Of a stretch of DNA of 64,000 nt, positions 20,239 to 33,327 are shown one piece after another (positions within the stretch are counted from its first letter, which is position 1; each line of letters begins with the position of its first letter). Location: the NCBI GenBank assembly GCA_039028615.1, contig JBCCHT010000031.1, positions 64,001-128,000 of the forward strand, in the 5' to 3' direction. Source of the DNA: Myxococcota bacterium (GTDB lineage: Bacteria > Myxococcota_A > Polyangia > Nannocystales > Nannocystaceae). Made by a program: the position numbers and the translations under genes. Under the pieces are notes generated by a model, which saw only the letters and a program-made list of their open reading frames with translations, was not told the origin of the DNA and ran no database searches.

Positions 20239-21888
20239 CTACGGAACGGGCGGGATGCAATCGACCCCGCCCTTGCCCAGCACCTGCGAGTTGACCCGGA
20301 ACGTATTGAAGGTCTCCCAGTGCGGCGTTTCGAACTGCGGGATGGAGCCGTCCTCGCGCACGTTGGTGATGTGATACGCGTGCTGGTTCCAGATGCGGCG
20401 GCTGGCGACCCAGCGGTCTTGTTCGTCGCGAATCACCTGGACGGTGGGGGAGGTCATGCCGTGGTAGCCGACGTTCGAGACCACGACGATCTCCGCGGAC
20501 GCGTCGTTGTCGACGTCTGCGACCACGGGGTACTCGGTCTGAGTCCAGCTGCTGCGGGGGTTCTGCAGGACGACGTTGCCCTGGTCGTCCACGATGAACA
20601 GCTCGTCCTCGTCGGCGTAGATGGCCTCGGCCCCCGCATCGCCCAGGAAATCGAAGGCGGTGCCCGAGGCCGCTCCCGAGCCGTCGCTCACGGGGACCTC
20701 CCAAATGGGCTGTAGCGTGCCGTCGACGAGCCGATAGAGCGAATCGTCGGCGGAGGCGATCTCGACCATGCCGTCGGCGTCGATGTCCATGACCGCGGGC
20801 GGGGAGCGGAGGTTGCCACCGACGGAGGCGACCGTGCCGTCGTGCTCGAAGACATAGCTGGGGGCGGTATTCCCGTTTTCCATGCCGACGACCTCGGGCC
20901 GCCCGTCGCCGTCGAAGTCGGCCACGGCGGTGAAGGTCATCCAGTTTTGGCCATCGGGGTGGTCCCAGTACATGGTGCCGTCGTGGTGCCACGCGGAGTA
21001 GTTCTCGACGATCTCGAGGTCGCCGTCGCCATCGAGGTCGACGGGAATCGGGATGGCGGCGGTGCGGGGCAAGATTCGCAGCAAGGCTCCATCGCTGCCC
21101 GCATGAATGGCCTCGCCCGCGATGATCTCGACGGTGCCGTCGTTGTCGAGGTCGGCGAGGGCGACCGCCAGCTGAATCCCTCCGTTGAGCTCGGGGCGGG
21201 GCGCGGTCCAGGACACGGTGCCGTCGGCCTCGAACGCGACGACCTCGGTCTGTGACAGCGTGACGATTTCCGCCGAGCCATCGCCATCAATGTCGCCGAC
21301 GGCGGGGTTGGAGACGTGCGAGATCGGGTAGTCGGTCTGGTAGTGCAGGGTGCCCGTTGCCCCGTCGAGCACGCTGATGCGTCCGGCGTTGAAGTTGCCT
21401 CCTCCGGCAGGCCAGCCCACCTCGGGGTCGTAGGTCACGACCACGATGTCGGGGATGTCGCACAGATCGACGACTCCGTTGTCGTCGTCGTCGGTGAGGT
21501 TGATGACCAGGGGCGTCACCACGCTCGAGGTCCAGCTGTCGTCCGGCGTCCACGTCCACTGCACGGCGGGGGTGAACGAGTCGGGCGGAGCCGTCTCCAC
21601 GCAGGGCGGCGGGGCGTCGAGGCCATCGGGGTCGGGGATGATGGAGCAGGCGTCCGCGGGTCCCCCCGTCTCGTTGGGGGCGACGTCGAGCACGGGCCCA
21701 CCGCTATCGTCGAGGCCGCCACTGGCGATGCCGGTCTCCGAGGTCTGGGCCGAGGGCGCCGCGGTGGAGCCATCGCCGAGCCCTGTGCCCGAGCCGAACG
21801 CCTGGTCGCCCACGATCACGTTGTTGGTGCAGGCGCCGAGGGACAGCATCAACACGGGGCCGGAGCGAACGAGGGTCTTGATCGGCAT
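20239..21888 (-). CDS. FG-GAP/VCBS-repeat beta-propeller lipoprotein
   Basis: Lipobox LGAC; repeated Ca-binding DxDxDG motifs (GDIDGDGSAEIV, ADLDNDGTVEII, ADFDGDGRPEVV); C-terminal WNQHAYHITNVREDG. Confidence 0.85.
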   Translation of the reverse strand: MPIKTLVRSGPVLMLSLGACTNNVIVGDQAFGSGTGLGDGSTAAPSAQTSETGIASGGLDDSGGPVLDVAPNETGGPADACSIIPDPDGLDAPPPCVETAPPDSFTPAVQWTWTPDDSWTSSVVTPLVINLTDDDDNGVVDLCDIPDIVVVTYDPEVGWPAGGGNFNAGRISVLDGATGTLHYQTDYPISHVSNPAVGDIDGDGSAEIVTLSQTEVVAFEADGTVSWTAPRPELNGGIQLAVALADLDNDGTVEIIAGEAIHAGSDGALLRILPRTAAIPIPVDLDGDGDLEIVENYSAWHHDGTMYWDHPDGQNWMTFTAVADFDGDGRPEVVGMENGNTAPSYVFEHDGTVASVGGNLRSPPAVMDIDADGMVEIASADDSLYRLVDGTLQPIWEVPVSDGSGAASGTAFDFLGDAGAEAIYADEDELFIVDDQGNVVLQNPRSSWTQTEYPVVADVDNDASAEIVVVSNVGYHGMTSPTVQVIRDEQDRWVASRRIWNQHAYHITNVREDGSIPQFETPHWETFNTFRVNSQVLGKGGVDCIPPVP

Positions 21889-22026
21889 GCGTGTTCTCTG
21901 TCATCAATCGAACAATGCTTCGGGCGGGCGTGCAGGCCACCGGGTGCATATCGGCCGAAAACGCGGTGAAGACCCCCGTTGAGGGCGGTTTGAAGTTTTT
22001 TCGCGGTCGCGACAGAGAGTAGCCGA

Positions 22027-22584
22027 GTGTTGGCCGAAGACCATGAACGGAAGCGAGGGCGTACGGCCGGCACGGATGTGTCCGCCCTCCATCGCGAGTA
22101 CGCGACGTTCGTGTCGGGGTTCGTGCAGCGCCTGGGAGTGCGTGCGACCGATGTGCCGGATCTGGTCCAAGAGGTGTTCTTGTTGGCGCACGAAAAAGGG
22201 GGCTACCGGGAGGGAGCGGCCAGTCCTCGGACGTGGCTGGCGAATCTCGCAGTCGGCAAGGTTCGCAACCTGCGGCGCAAGCAGAGCCGTCGGTCGGCGG
22301 TGGCTCCCGACTCGCGGGCGGTGAACGACGCACCCGACTTGGGCGCGGTGGCTCGCCTCGACGAGCAGCTCGACCGGCGTCAGCGACTGCAGATCGTGCA
22401 GCGTGCCCTCGACCGCCTGGATGAAGACAGCCGCATCGTCTTCATGCTCTACGAGCTCGAAGGAGAGCGATGCGCTGCCATCGCGGCGGGGCTCGGGATC
22501 GCCCTGGGGACGGTGCACTCCCGATTGCATGGCGCGCGGCGCAAGTTCAAGGCCGCGTTCGAGCAGGAGAACGACGAACGATGA
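22027..22584 (+). CDS. ECF RNA polymerase sigma factor
   Basis: DLVQEVFL (region 2), WLANLA, IVFMLYELEG...IAAGLGIALGTVHSRLHGAR (region 4). Confidence 0.9.
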   Translation: MLAEDHERKRGRTAGTDVSALHREYATFVSGFVQRLGVRATDVPDLVQEVFLLAHEKGGYREGAASPRTWLANLAVGKVRNLRRKQSRRSAVAPDSRAVNDAPDLGAVARLDEQLDRRQRLQIVQRALDRLDEDSRIVFMLYELEGERCAAIAAGLGIALGTVHSRLHGARRKFKAAFEQENDER

Positions 22585-23399
22585 CTTCAGACCCAAAGCG
22601 TTTGCGTGAGGCGGGCGAGCCAATGGCGTCGTTGCTGCGACAGGTTCGGGTCGAGGACTTGGGCGAGCCCGTGCCGCTCCCTCCGTGGCCGGGGGGAGAC
22701 GAACCCGCGGTGGCGGCGAGTGCCGGGGGATCGGCGGTGAAGCTCGTGCTGCTCGGGGCGGTGGTGCTCGGGGCGGGAGTCTTCGGGGTCGTTTCGAGCG
22801 GAGACGGAGAACGGCCGAGCGGAGCGCCGACGAGCACGGAGCCCCCGGGGCGGCGGCTCGCGATGGGGGCGACCGAAGCTCCCGTCGCGGGTGCGGCTGC
22901 GCCGCGGTCGGCTCGACCCGTCGTTGGCGAGGAGGCCGACGAACGACAGCGACCGGCAGTGGACGTCCCGCCTCGTCCGTCCCCCGACGATGCCACGGCA
23001 CCGCAGTCCGGGCGCGCACCGAGGCCCGCGCGGTCTCGGCCTCGTCCGTCGACCCCTGCGGCCGAGTCGGATCCCCCGTCCACGTCGTCGGCGGAGCTCA
23101 GCGCCACGAGTGAGGTCGAGCTGGTGGCCGAGATGCGAGCCTCGCTGCCGCGGGAGCCGTCGCGCGCGTTGAAGCTGGCCCGGGAGGGGGAGCAGCGCTT
23201 TCCGAAGGGTATGTTCGTGCGCGAGCGCAGGGCCTACGAGATTTTCTCCTTGCACGCGCTGGGGCGTACCGACGAGGCGGCGACGCTCGCTCGTCGCTTC
23301 GCGCGGCGCTATCCGTCGGGACCACTGAGCGAGCGAGTCGCGGCCTTGGTCTCCGCCCCCGCGTCGGGCTCAGAACCGAGCGATCGGGCCCAGCAGTAG
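22581..23399 (+). CDS. Putative anti-sigma factor (single TM, Pro/Ala-rich linker, C-terminal TPR-like domain)
   Basis: ATGA overlap with the ECF gene; TM LVLLGAVVLGAGVFGVV; C-terminus ...FPKG...ERRAYEIFSL..LGR..EA...F..RYP. Confidence 0.7.
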   Translation: MTSDPKRLREAGEPMASLLRQVRVEDLGEPVPLPPWPGGDEPAVAASAGGSAVKLVLLGAVVLGAGVFGVVSSGDGERPSGAPTSTEPPGRRLAMGATEAPVAGAAAPRSARPVVGEEADERQRPAVDVPPRPSPDDATAPQSGRAPRPARSRPRPSTPAAESDPPSTSSAELSATSEVELVAEMRASLPREPSRALKLAREGEQRFPKGMFVRERRAYEIFSLHALGRTDEAATLARRFARRYPSGPLSERVAALVSAPASGSEPSDRAQQ

Positions 23400-24362
23400 C
23401 GCCACCGCCACCGACGGGCTCGTGAGAGCCGCGGTCACCTGCCCCGACGCAGGGTCGACCAGGGCGAAGCGGGGGCGCCAGACGGGCACGCCCACGTCGA
23501 GGTCCAGCCCGAGCCCGAAGCGATGCTCGGGAAACAGGCTCAACGCGAGGGCCCCGGCCAGCTCCACGTGTCCGCCGAAGTCTCGGCGCGCGCCGTCGAA
23601 GCCCCGACCCGTGGCCAGCGTGGGTCCACCCGTGACGCCCAGGCAGCCTTCGATGCGGAGCACGGGCGCACTGTCGGGGATCGTGCCCATACACGCGTCG
23701 GCCCGCAGGTGCATGGCGAACGCGGACACCTGACCGCCCGCCAGCGATTGCGGGGCAGACCAGCTGGTACGCGCGCCGAAGCGGAGCCGTACGAGGCGAT
23801 GAAGTCCGAAGACGGCGAGCCATTGCGCCGCGAGCCCGAGCTGGACGGGGGCGCCGAGGCTGGGCCCAGCCTGCAGCCGCATTGCGCTGTCGAGCGGGCG
23901 TCGGCTGGTGGGCGCGGTCGGAGGGGTCTCGATCTCCGTCGGTTCGGTGGTCGTGGTCGGGGAGACAGTTCGTGACTCGGGAGTCGAGGGGGAGGCGAGG
24001 GCGTCGAGCACGGTCGAGTCGAGCGCGATCGCAATGGCGAGGCCGACCGCGGCATCGAGGGCCGCGCAGTCCTCGGGCAGGGGCGCGAACACGCGGTCGA
24101 GGATCGTCTCGCCGTCGCGTTGGATGCGGATGCGGAGCGCATCGGGCTCGGTCGCATGCGACTCCACGTCGACCGCGATACGTGGACTGAGGGTGGTACG
24201 CCCCGTCCACGTGGCGACTTGCGCCGTGATGCCATCGTGGTCGGCACACGTCCCGGTCTCGGAGGCCACGGTGATGGCCTCGCCCAGCGGCCGCTCGGGT
24301 GCCTCGTTCGCCGGGGGCCCCAGCGTCGCCGCGAGCACCCAGGCGGCGAGGGGTCCGACCAC
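23370..24362 (-). CDS. Hypothetical secreted protein, possible C-terminal beta-barrel
   Basis: Start re-chosen at GTG 24362 (MVGPLAAWVLAA; TAGACT 7 nt upstream); C-terminal alternating strands ending in Phe; overlaps the convergent anti-sigma 3' end by 30 bp. Confidence 0.55.
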   Translation of the reverse strand: MVGPLAAWVLAATLGPPANEAPERPLGEAITVASETGTCADHDGITAQVATWTGRTTLSPRIAVDVESHATEPDALRIRIQRDGETILDRVFAPLPEDCAALDAAVGLAIAIALDSTVLDALASPSTPESRTVSPTTTTEPTEIETPPTAPTSRRPLDSAMRLQAGPSLGAPVQLGLAAQWLAVFGLHRLVRLRFGARTSWSAPQSLAGGQVSAFAMHLRADACMGTIPDSAPVLRIEGCLGVTGGPTLATGRGFDGARRDFGGHVELAGALALSLFPEHRFGLGLDLDVGVPVWRPRFALVDPASGQVTAALTSPSVAVALLLGPIARF

Positions 24363-24414
24363 GCGGACCAGTCTACCGGAGTCGATCGCTTTCCCGCGGG
24401 CGTTTGCGTCCGGT

Positions 24415-24690
24415 TTACGCCGAGCCGCAGCCAGGACCCGCCGCCAGCGCGGTCGGGTCGAGCCACCACGCGGAAGCTTGGCCGTAGTAGAGCGTGGTGG
24501 CCCAGAAGTCGGCGGTCTCGTGGTGCCGCAGGTCATCCACCTCGAAGCCCACGTTGCGCCAGGCGTCGTTCAGCCGAGCGAGAGCTTCGATATCGGAGAG
24601 GGCGAAGAGCCTCATCATCTCCAGGACGATTTCCCGGCACAGCCGTTCGTCTTCGGGATTGCTGGTGAGCGAGATTTCCAGTCCGATCAT
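24415..24690 (-). CDS. Small hypothetical protein (91 aa)
   Basis: ATGA coupling with the upstream gene; globular-looking sequence (EIVLEMMRLF...EALARLN...HETADFWA..LYYG...WW). Confidence 0.6.
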   Translation of the reverse strand: MIGLEISLTSNPEDERLCREIVLEMMRLFALSDIEALARLNDAWRNVGFEVDDLRHHETADFWATTLYYGQASAWWLDPTALAAGPGCGSA

Positions 24691-27452
24691 TCACTCCCTC
24701 TCTCCGAATCCACGAGCAGCTCGACGGTGGCCTGCCGCGCCCCTTCGGGCAGGCACGAGTCGTTGCTCTGCACCGAAAACTCCACCGTGTCTCCGGCCGT
24801 GTACATGGCCGGGTCGAGCGTCAGGCCATCGTCGTCCACGGGGAGGCCGTTGACCGTCCACTGCACGACGGGTGCATCCCCGGGGCTGCCCACGATGGCT
24901 CGCACGCCGTCGCTCGTCTCGTGCAGTGCCGCCGTGACGCGGAACTCGGCCCGCATCGCGTCCCACTCCAGCAAGGGCCACGCGGCCTCGCCCCAGTCGA
25001 CGTAGCCATCGAGGATGCTGCACTCCACCCCCGCGGCGGCGTAGAGCGGCACCAGGCTGTAGGTCTTGTCCGCCCAGCGCCCGCCGATGTGCACGAAGTC
25101 GGGCTCGTCGATGAGGATGAGGTCCGCCATCGTCTTGTCGGCGGGATCGAGGGCGTTGTCGGTGCCGTGGGGCGCGACCCGATCCCAGGTCTCGAGGGCG
25201 TTTTGTGGGTCGGCCATCTCGCCGAGGAAACCCTCGAGGAACGCGTCGAGGACCCACTTTTGCAGCCCGGGCTCGACGTCGTCGAGCTGCGCGGGGACGT
25301 CCCCCAACTCCCAGCCCTGCAAGTGCCCCTTTTGGCTGACCGCGTAGAACACCCAGGGGCCCATGACGCGGATGCGGAACCCACGGCCGGTATTGGGCGA
25401 GTCGCCGCCGCTCCAGGTCCGCGTCTGATACATCGTGTTGAGCTGGTGGACCATGCGCAGCGGCTCGTGGATGCCCGAGATGTTGGACACCGCCATGGTG
25501 TGATCCTGCTGGTAGTTGTAGTCGACGGGCGAGTTGTGGCTGATCTGCCCGTTGCCGCCGTTGACGATCGACTGCAGGTGGTACCAGGAGGACGACTCGA
25601 ACTTGCCCGTCTCCAGCAGCTGGCCCGTGAAGTAGTTGCAGTCCTTGCCCGAGGGCGGGTCGGGGTCGAAGCAGGCGGTGAAGTGCGGCGGTATCTCGAA
25701 GACCTGGTAGTTGTCGCCGAACCACTGCCGGGGCGGCACCTGGTCGCCGCGTTCGCCGAGCATGAGCTGGGGTTTGTCGGCGAGCTGGAACTCGTGGTGG
25801 AGCTCGAACTGCTTGACGGCCATCAGGCGGGCCAGGCTGGTGGCCGCGAACTCCATGTCGGCGAAGCTCGCGTCGGGGCCCAGGCCGATGAGGTTGGCCG
25901 CGCTGTCCTTGGACCGCCAGTGTCGCCACTGGGTGCCCATGGCGAAGAACGCCCGGTTGGCGAACCAGTAGACCTCGAACTCTCGGAGCAGCTCGTCGAC
26001 GTCGCGGTCCTCGGGCGGCTCGGCCTCGAGGTACGCGCGCAGGTGCTGGTAGCCGCTGTCGGGGTGCACGACGCAGCCGTTGCTGCCCCCGCTGCAGTAG
26101 GGGTCGTAGTCGGCGACGAGCCCGTCGTACCACCCGCCGTCGTTGTAGGCGTCCATGGGGTGGACTAGCGGCAGCCAGTGCTTCCAGTCCGGGAACTGAA
26201 TGGCCAAGGGCAAGGTGGTGCGGTCGACCATCGCGTCCGGGTCGAGGCGCTCGTGCACGCTCGACTCGGTGACCGGATCACCGAACATGTGCGCGGCCAT
26301 GTCGGCGTCGCGGTCGAGCACCGCGTCGAGACCGGCGCCGGCCGGCCACTGCTCGACGGGCATGTCGGCGACGGCGGGCCCGGGCTGAAAAGGCGGGTTC
26401 CAGGGCCTGCCGTAGCGACCGACGTCTTCGATCGAGTCCGACAGCGAGCGAATATACGAGGCGATCTGCTCGCCCTGCTCTTCGCTCAGCCCGTGGAACT
26501 TGGCGCGCTCGATGATGCTGCGGTTGGAGTAGCTGAACAGCTCGAGGTCGCGACCATCTTGGGTGTGACAGTCGGTGCACGTCGCCCGAACGAGCTGCCG
26601 CGGCGCGATGACCTTGCCGTACCAGAACCCCGTGCGCTCATCGGGCAGGTCGTGGCTCCACAGCTGGGCGCCGTACCACAGCGCCCGCCCGGCCTCGATC
26701 GCGCCCTCGCCCGGGATGGGGGCGCTCCAGGTGGCCGGGTCGACTTCGTAGGTCGCCCACGGCGGGAGCAGCTCTATGCCCGCCCCGTCTTCGATGCCCA
26801 GGTCGACGATGCGATAGCCGATCGAGATCGCGTTGCCGAGGTCGAAGCGAAAGCGGAGCTCGTTGTCGCCGTCTTGGAGGTCGGTGGCGGGCAGGGCGAT
26901 GCGCATGGTGCTGAGCCCTCCGTGCACCATGCCGCCACGGGCGAGGGCTCGCTCCTCGACCTCGACCGTGTCGTGATTGAGCGAGATCCACTCGCCGTCG
27001 TTGATCTGGACGGAGCCCTTGTCCTGGTAGCCCAGGTTGTTGACGCGCAGCCACAGTCGGTCGGCGCCGTCCACGACCCCGGCGCCCAGCGTCAGCGTTC
27101 TCGTCTCGGTGGTGCCTTCGCGGCCGAGCACCTCGATGGGCAGCTCGACCAGCTCGTCGGGGTGGCAGCACTGTTCGTCGCAGGGCAGCAGCGGCGCCGG
27201 GCAGTCGATGTCCTCGCCGGTATCGGCCCCCGTGTCGTCGTCGTCGTCGCCATCGGTGTCGACGTCGACGTCGCCCGTCTCGTCGGCGACGCCATCACCC
27301 GTGGGTCCCGAGCCCACCGTCGAGCCGCTCGTGCTCCCACCGTCGGCATCGATGCTCTGGAGTCCCTGGTAGCAGCCGGTGACCGCCAGGGCCGAGGTCA
27401 CGAGTTCCAGTCCGAGAATCGAGGGGGCTACGAGGAAGCGGAGTCGGGTCAT
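24687..27452 (-). CDS. Large lipoprotein with a single c-type haem motif, function unknown
   Basis: Start re-chosen at MTRLRFL; lipobox VTGC; acidic Gly/Asp/Thr linker; one CxxCH (CTDCH) in a cytochrome-c-like segment (GRALW...CTDCH...EQIASYIRSL). Confidence 0.75.
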   Translation of the reverse strand: MTRLRFLVAPSILGLELVTSALAVTGCYQGLQSIDADGGSTSGSTVGSGPTGDGVADETGDVDVDTDGDDDDDTGADTGEDIDCPAPLLPCDEQCCHPDELVELPIEVLGREGTTETRTLTLGAGVVDGADRLWLRVNNLGYQDKGSVQINDGEWISLNHDTVEVEERALARGGMVHGGLSTMRIALPATDLQDGDNELRFRFDLGNAISIGYRIVDLGIEDGAGIELLPPWATYEVDPATWSAPIPGEGAIEAGRALWYGAQLWSHDLPDERTGFWYGKVIAPRQLVRATCTDCHTQDGRDLELFSYSNRSIIERAKFHGLSEEQGEQIASYIRSLSDSIEDVGRYGRPWNPPFQPGPAVADMPVEQWPAGAGLDAVLDRDADMAAHMFGDPVTESSVHERLDPDAMVDRTTLPLAIQFPDWKHWLPLVHPMDAYNDGGWYDGLVADYDPYCSGGSNGCVVHPDSGYQHLRAYLEAEPPEDRDVDELLREFEVYWFANRAFFAMGTQWRHWRSKDSAANLIGLGPDASFADMEFAATSLARLMAVKQFELHHEFQLADKPQLMLGERGDQVPPRQWFGDNYQVFEIPPHFTACFDPDPPSGKDCNYFTGQLLETGKFESSSWYHLQSIVNGGNGQISHNSPVDYNYQQDHTMAVSNISGIHEPLRMVHQLNTMYQTRTWSGGDSPNTGRGFRIRVMGPWVFYAVSQKGHLQGWELGDVPAQLDDVEPGLQKWVLDAFLEGFLGEMADPQNALETWDRVAPHGTDNALDPADKTMADLILIDEPDFVHIGGRWADKTYSLVPLYAAAGVECSILDGYVDWGEAAWPLLEWDAMRAEFRVTAALHETSDGVRAIVGSPGDAPVVQWTVNGLPVDDDGLTLDPAMYTAGDTVEFSVQSNDSCLPEGARQATVELLVDSERGSE

Positions 27453-27654
27453 GGCGAGCGGCGTCCGGGGGCGGCTGTCCAGCCGTCGTAGGGAGTCACC
27501 GCGCGGCGATTTTTTATGCACCCCGCCGGCACTTTTCTGGGTCTTCCGAGCCCGATCCCGGCCACGGACGGGGAGCCTCGGTGGACGCGAGTAATTCGTG
27601 AGTGACCCGGCACGCAACGCGCTGAGCCGCGGCCGACGCGACGGCTCGGTGGGC

Positions 27655-28293
27655 TCAGGGGGTCGTCGGCGCGCGGCCGACCTCGGGCAGCGCTCGAATC
27701 CACTCGTCGAACCCGTCGAGCGTGCTGGTCGATTGCTCGGGCGTCTCGGCCAGCGCGGCGATCTTGTCCTGCAGCAGCTGACGCCCGCGACGGATCCGAG
27801 TCTTGATCGTCCCCACCGCGACCCCGAGGGCTTCGCTGATCTGCGTGGCGCTCTGTTGCTCCCAGTAGTGCAGCTCGAGCACGATCTGATAGTCGAGGGG
27901 GATGTGCCGCAACGCTCGCAGGAGCAGGCGCTGCTCTTGCGCGTGGGCGAGCGCGGTGGAGGGGCCCGGGGCGAGCTCGGCCGCAGAGTGAACGCCCGAG
28001 TCGAGGGGCTCGGCGAGGCGGTGGCGCTTCCGCAGGTGGTGGCGCAGGGTGTTGTGGGCGATGCCGAACAGGAAAGTGCGCATGCTCGAGTCGCCGCGGA
28101 AGCGGTCGGCAGCCTCGACACAGCCGAGGAAGGTGCGCTGGACGAGGTCCTCGGCCGCGTCGGGCACCTTGCTCATGAAGAACCGATAGATGCAGGAGTA
28201 GTGGCGCGAAAACAGCGTGGAGCCGGCGACTTGGTCGCCGGCCTGCCAGGCGCGCAGGAGGGAAGCATCATCGGTGGCGGGTCGGGAGCCCAT
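27655..28293 (-). CDS. ECF RNA polymerase sigma factor (kinase-associated type)
   Basis: WQAGD..AG..LF.RHY, AEDLVQRTFL, FLFGIAHN, LELHYWE...GTIKTRIRRGR; divergent from a Ser/Thr kinase, no anti-sigma adjacent. Confidence 0.9.
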   Translation of the reverse strand: MGSRPATDDASLLRAWQAGDQVAGSTLFSRHYSCIYRFFMSKVPDAAEDLVQRTFLGCVEAADRFRGDSSMRTFLFGIAHNTLRHHLRKRHRLAEPLDSGVHSAAELAPGPSTALAHAQEQRLLLRALRHIPLDYQIVLELHYWEQQSATQISEALGVAVGTIKTRIRRGRQLLQDKIAALAETPEQSTSTLDGFDEWIRALPEVGRAPTTP

Positions 28294-28412
28294 GGGGACG
28301 TGGGTCGAGCATAGGCGACGCGCTCCGGGGCCCCTTCGATTCTTTTGAAATCTCCCGCAATCCGTTGGCAATCGGCCGTCACTACCCATCGAATGCGACG
28401 GGCGAGGCAGCC

Positions 28413-31454
<3,042 letters not shown>

Positions 31455-31460
31455 AAGATT

Positions 31461-33327
31461 CAGGATTGTGCCAGTCACCCATTGAGCGAAAGAGACGAAC
31501 GCCCATGACGAACGACGAAACCAACACGAGTGGAACCCCTGCATCCGAAGTCCGACAGATCAGCGGGGATCCAAAAATCCAACTCTCCAGCGATACGGGA
31601 ATCTCGGCACTGACGCTGACCTTCACCGCCAATGGCTGGACCGCCTCGGGAGGCGACTACGACCGCGATACAGACACCTACGCCGTCTCCGCCGAGCGGA
31701 CGAGCGAGGATGGGGTCTACTTCGCGCCCGTGACCTACATCGACCAGACGGTCACGAACCATCACCACTACGGCATGGTCTACTGGGAGCAGGACATGGG
31801 CGGCTTTCCGGTTCGGCTCTTTCAGTCGGCCACCGAGATCACGTCGCCCACCGCGCACAACCAGAGCAACATCTACGGTGCCTACGGTGACGTCTATAGC
31901 TTGAACTTGTGGCTCGAGCCGGTTCGCTTCTACCAGGTCCAGACCCAGAACAACAACGACGGGCAGTGCATCTATGCCCCGTACTGGTTGCCGAATCGGT
32001 ACGGAACCCTCGTCACTTCCTCCAACCCCCCCACGCAGGGAGAACATCCCTATACGGAGTTCGGGTTGATCTCCACGGGCACCGCCTGCCTGCTCTTTCA
32101 ACGGCAGTCGAGCGGCGTCGTCTATGTGCCCGACGGCAAGGACAGCAATCAGAGCCTCCTGGTCGGCTATCCCACGCAGGAGGACTTCGCCGACGCCAGC
32201 AAGGCTCCCTGCGAAACCTGGGCGTTCGATCAGAAGAAGGACGCCTCGCTCACGCTCACTTCCAACGTCGGGTCGATATGGGGCGTGGCCGGAGGCAACA
32301 AGGCCGAGGGCACGGTGATCGAGACCTACTCCCGAAAATCCGGCAACAAATACAAGTGGACCTTCGCGGAGATCTCGTAGCGTTCCGAGGTGATCGGCGC
32401 AGCCCAAAGGATGGCAGGATTGTGCCGGTCACCCATCACCGCGAGCGAGAGGACGAACGCCCATGACGAACGAAGAAACCAACACCAGCGGCTCACCTGG
32501 GCTCGAAGTCCGCCAGGTCAGCGGCGATCCCAAGATCCAGCTGTCGAGCGAGACCGGCATCCCGGCGCTGCACCTGACCTTCACGGCAACCGGCTGGACC
32601 GCTTCGGGGGGACGCTACGACGACGACACCGACACCTACTCGGTCTCGACCCAGAGCACGTCCGAGGATGGGGTCTACTTCGCGCCCGTGTACTACAAGG
32701 ACGAGACGGTCGGGGACCATCACCACTACGGCATGGTCTACTGGGAGCAGGACATGGGCGGGTTTCCGGTTCGGCTCTTTCAGTCGGCCACCGAGATCAC
32801 GTCGCCCACCGCGGACAATCAGAGCAACATCTACGGCGCCCACGGTGACGTCTACAGCCTGAATCTGTGGCTGCAGCCGGTGCGCTCTTACCAGGTGCAG
32901 ACCCAGAACAACCCCGGGCAGTGCATCGTAAGCCCCTACTGGCTGCCGAATCGGTACACGAACCTCCTGACGTCCACCAACCCGGTCACGACACAGCAGC
33001 AGCCCTATACCGAGTTCGGGTTGATCTCCACGGGTACGGCCTGCCTGCTGTTTCAACGGAAGTTGAGTGGCGTCATCTATGTGCCCAACGGGAAGGACGC
33101 GAGTCAGTCCATGTTGGTCGGCTATCCCACCCGGGAGGACTTCAGCGACGCCAGCTCGGCCCCGTGCCAGACGTGGGCCTTCGACCAGCAACAGGACGCG
33201 ACGCTCACGCTCACCTCCGACGTCGGGTTGGTGTGGGCCGTGCCCAACGGCTCCAAGAACGAGGGCATCATCATCGAGACCTACACGCGAAAGCACACCA
33301 ACAGCTTCAAGTGGACCTTCGTGGAGG
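31461..33327 (+). repeat. Tandem gene duplication, ~958-bp unit, including the 5' upstream region
   Basis: CAGGATTGTGCC(A/G)GTCACCCAT and GACGAACGCCCATGACGAACGA precede both genes; coding regions align end to end. Confidence 0.9.
31505..32380 (+). CDS. Hypothetical protein with C-terminal ricin-B/beta-trefoil lectin-like domain (copy 1)
   Basis: No signal peptide; C-terminus WGVAGGNKAEGTVIETYSRKSGNKYKWTF resembles the last ricin-B repeat; paralogue of the next gene. Confidence 0.6.
   Translation: MTNDETNTSGTPASEVRQISGDPKIQLSSDTGISALTLTFTANGWTASGGDYDRDTDTYAVSAERTSEDGVYFAPVTYIDQTVTNHHHYGMVYWEQDMGGFPVRLFQSATEITSPTAHNQSNIYGAYGDVYSLNLWLEPVRFYQVQTQNNNDGQCIYAPYWLPNRYGTLVTSSNPPTQGEHPYTEFGLISTGTACLLFQRQSSGVVYVPDGKDSNQSLLVGYPTQEDFADASKAPCETWAFDQKKDASLTLTSNVGSIWGVAGGNKAEGTVIETYSRKSGNKYKWTFAEIS

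Noticed and set aside
27453..28121. N-terminal extension of the 1144-aa ORF
   Set aside because: It overlaps the ECF gene in another frame; the signal peptide and lipobox start at ATG 27452.
32412..32425. Sigma-54-like TGGCAGGATTGTGC upstream of the second duplicated gene
   Set aside because: GG-to-GC spacing is 9 nt rather than 10, and the first copy lacks the TGGC.
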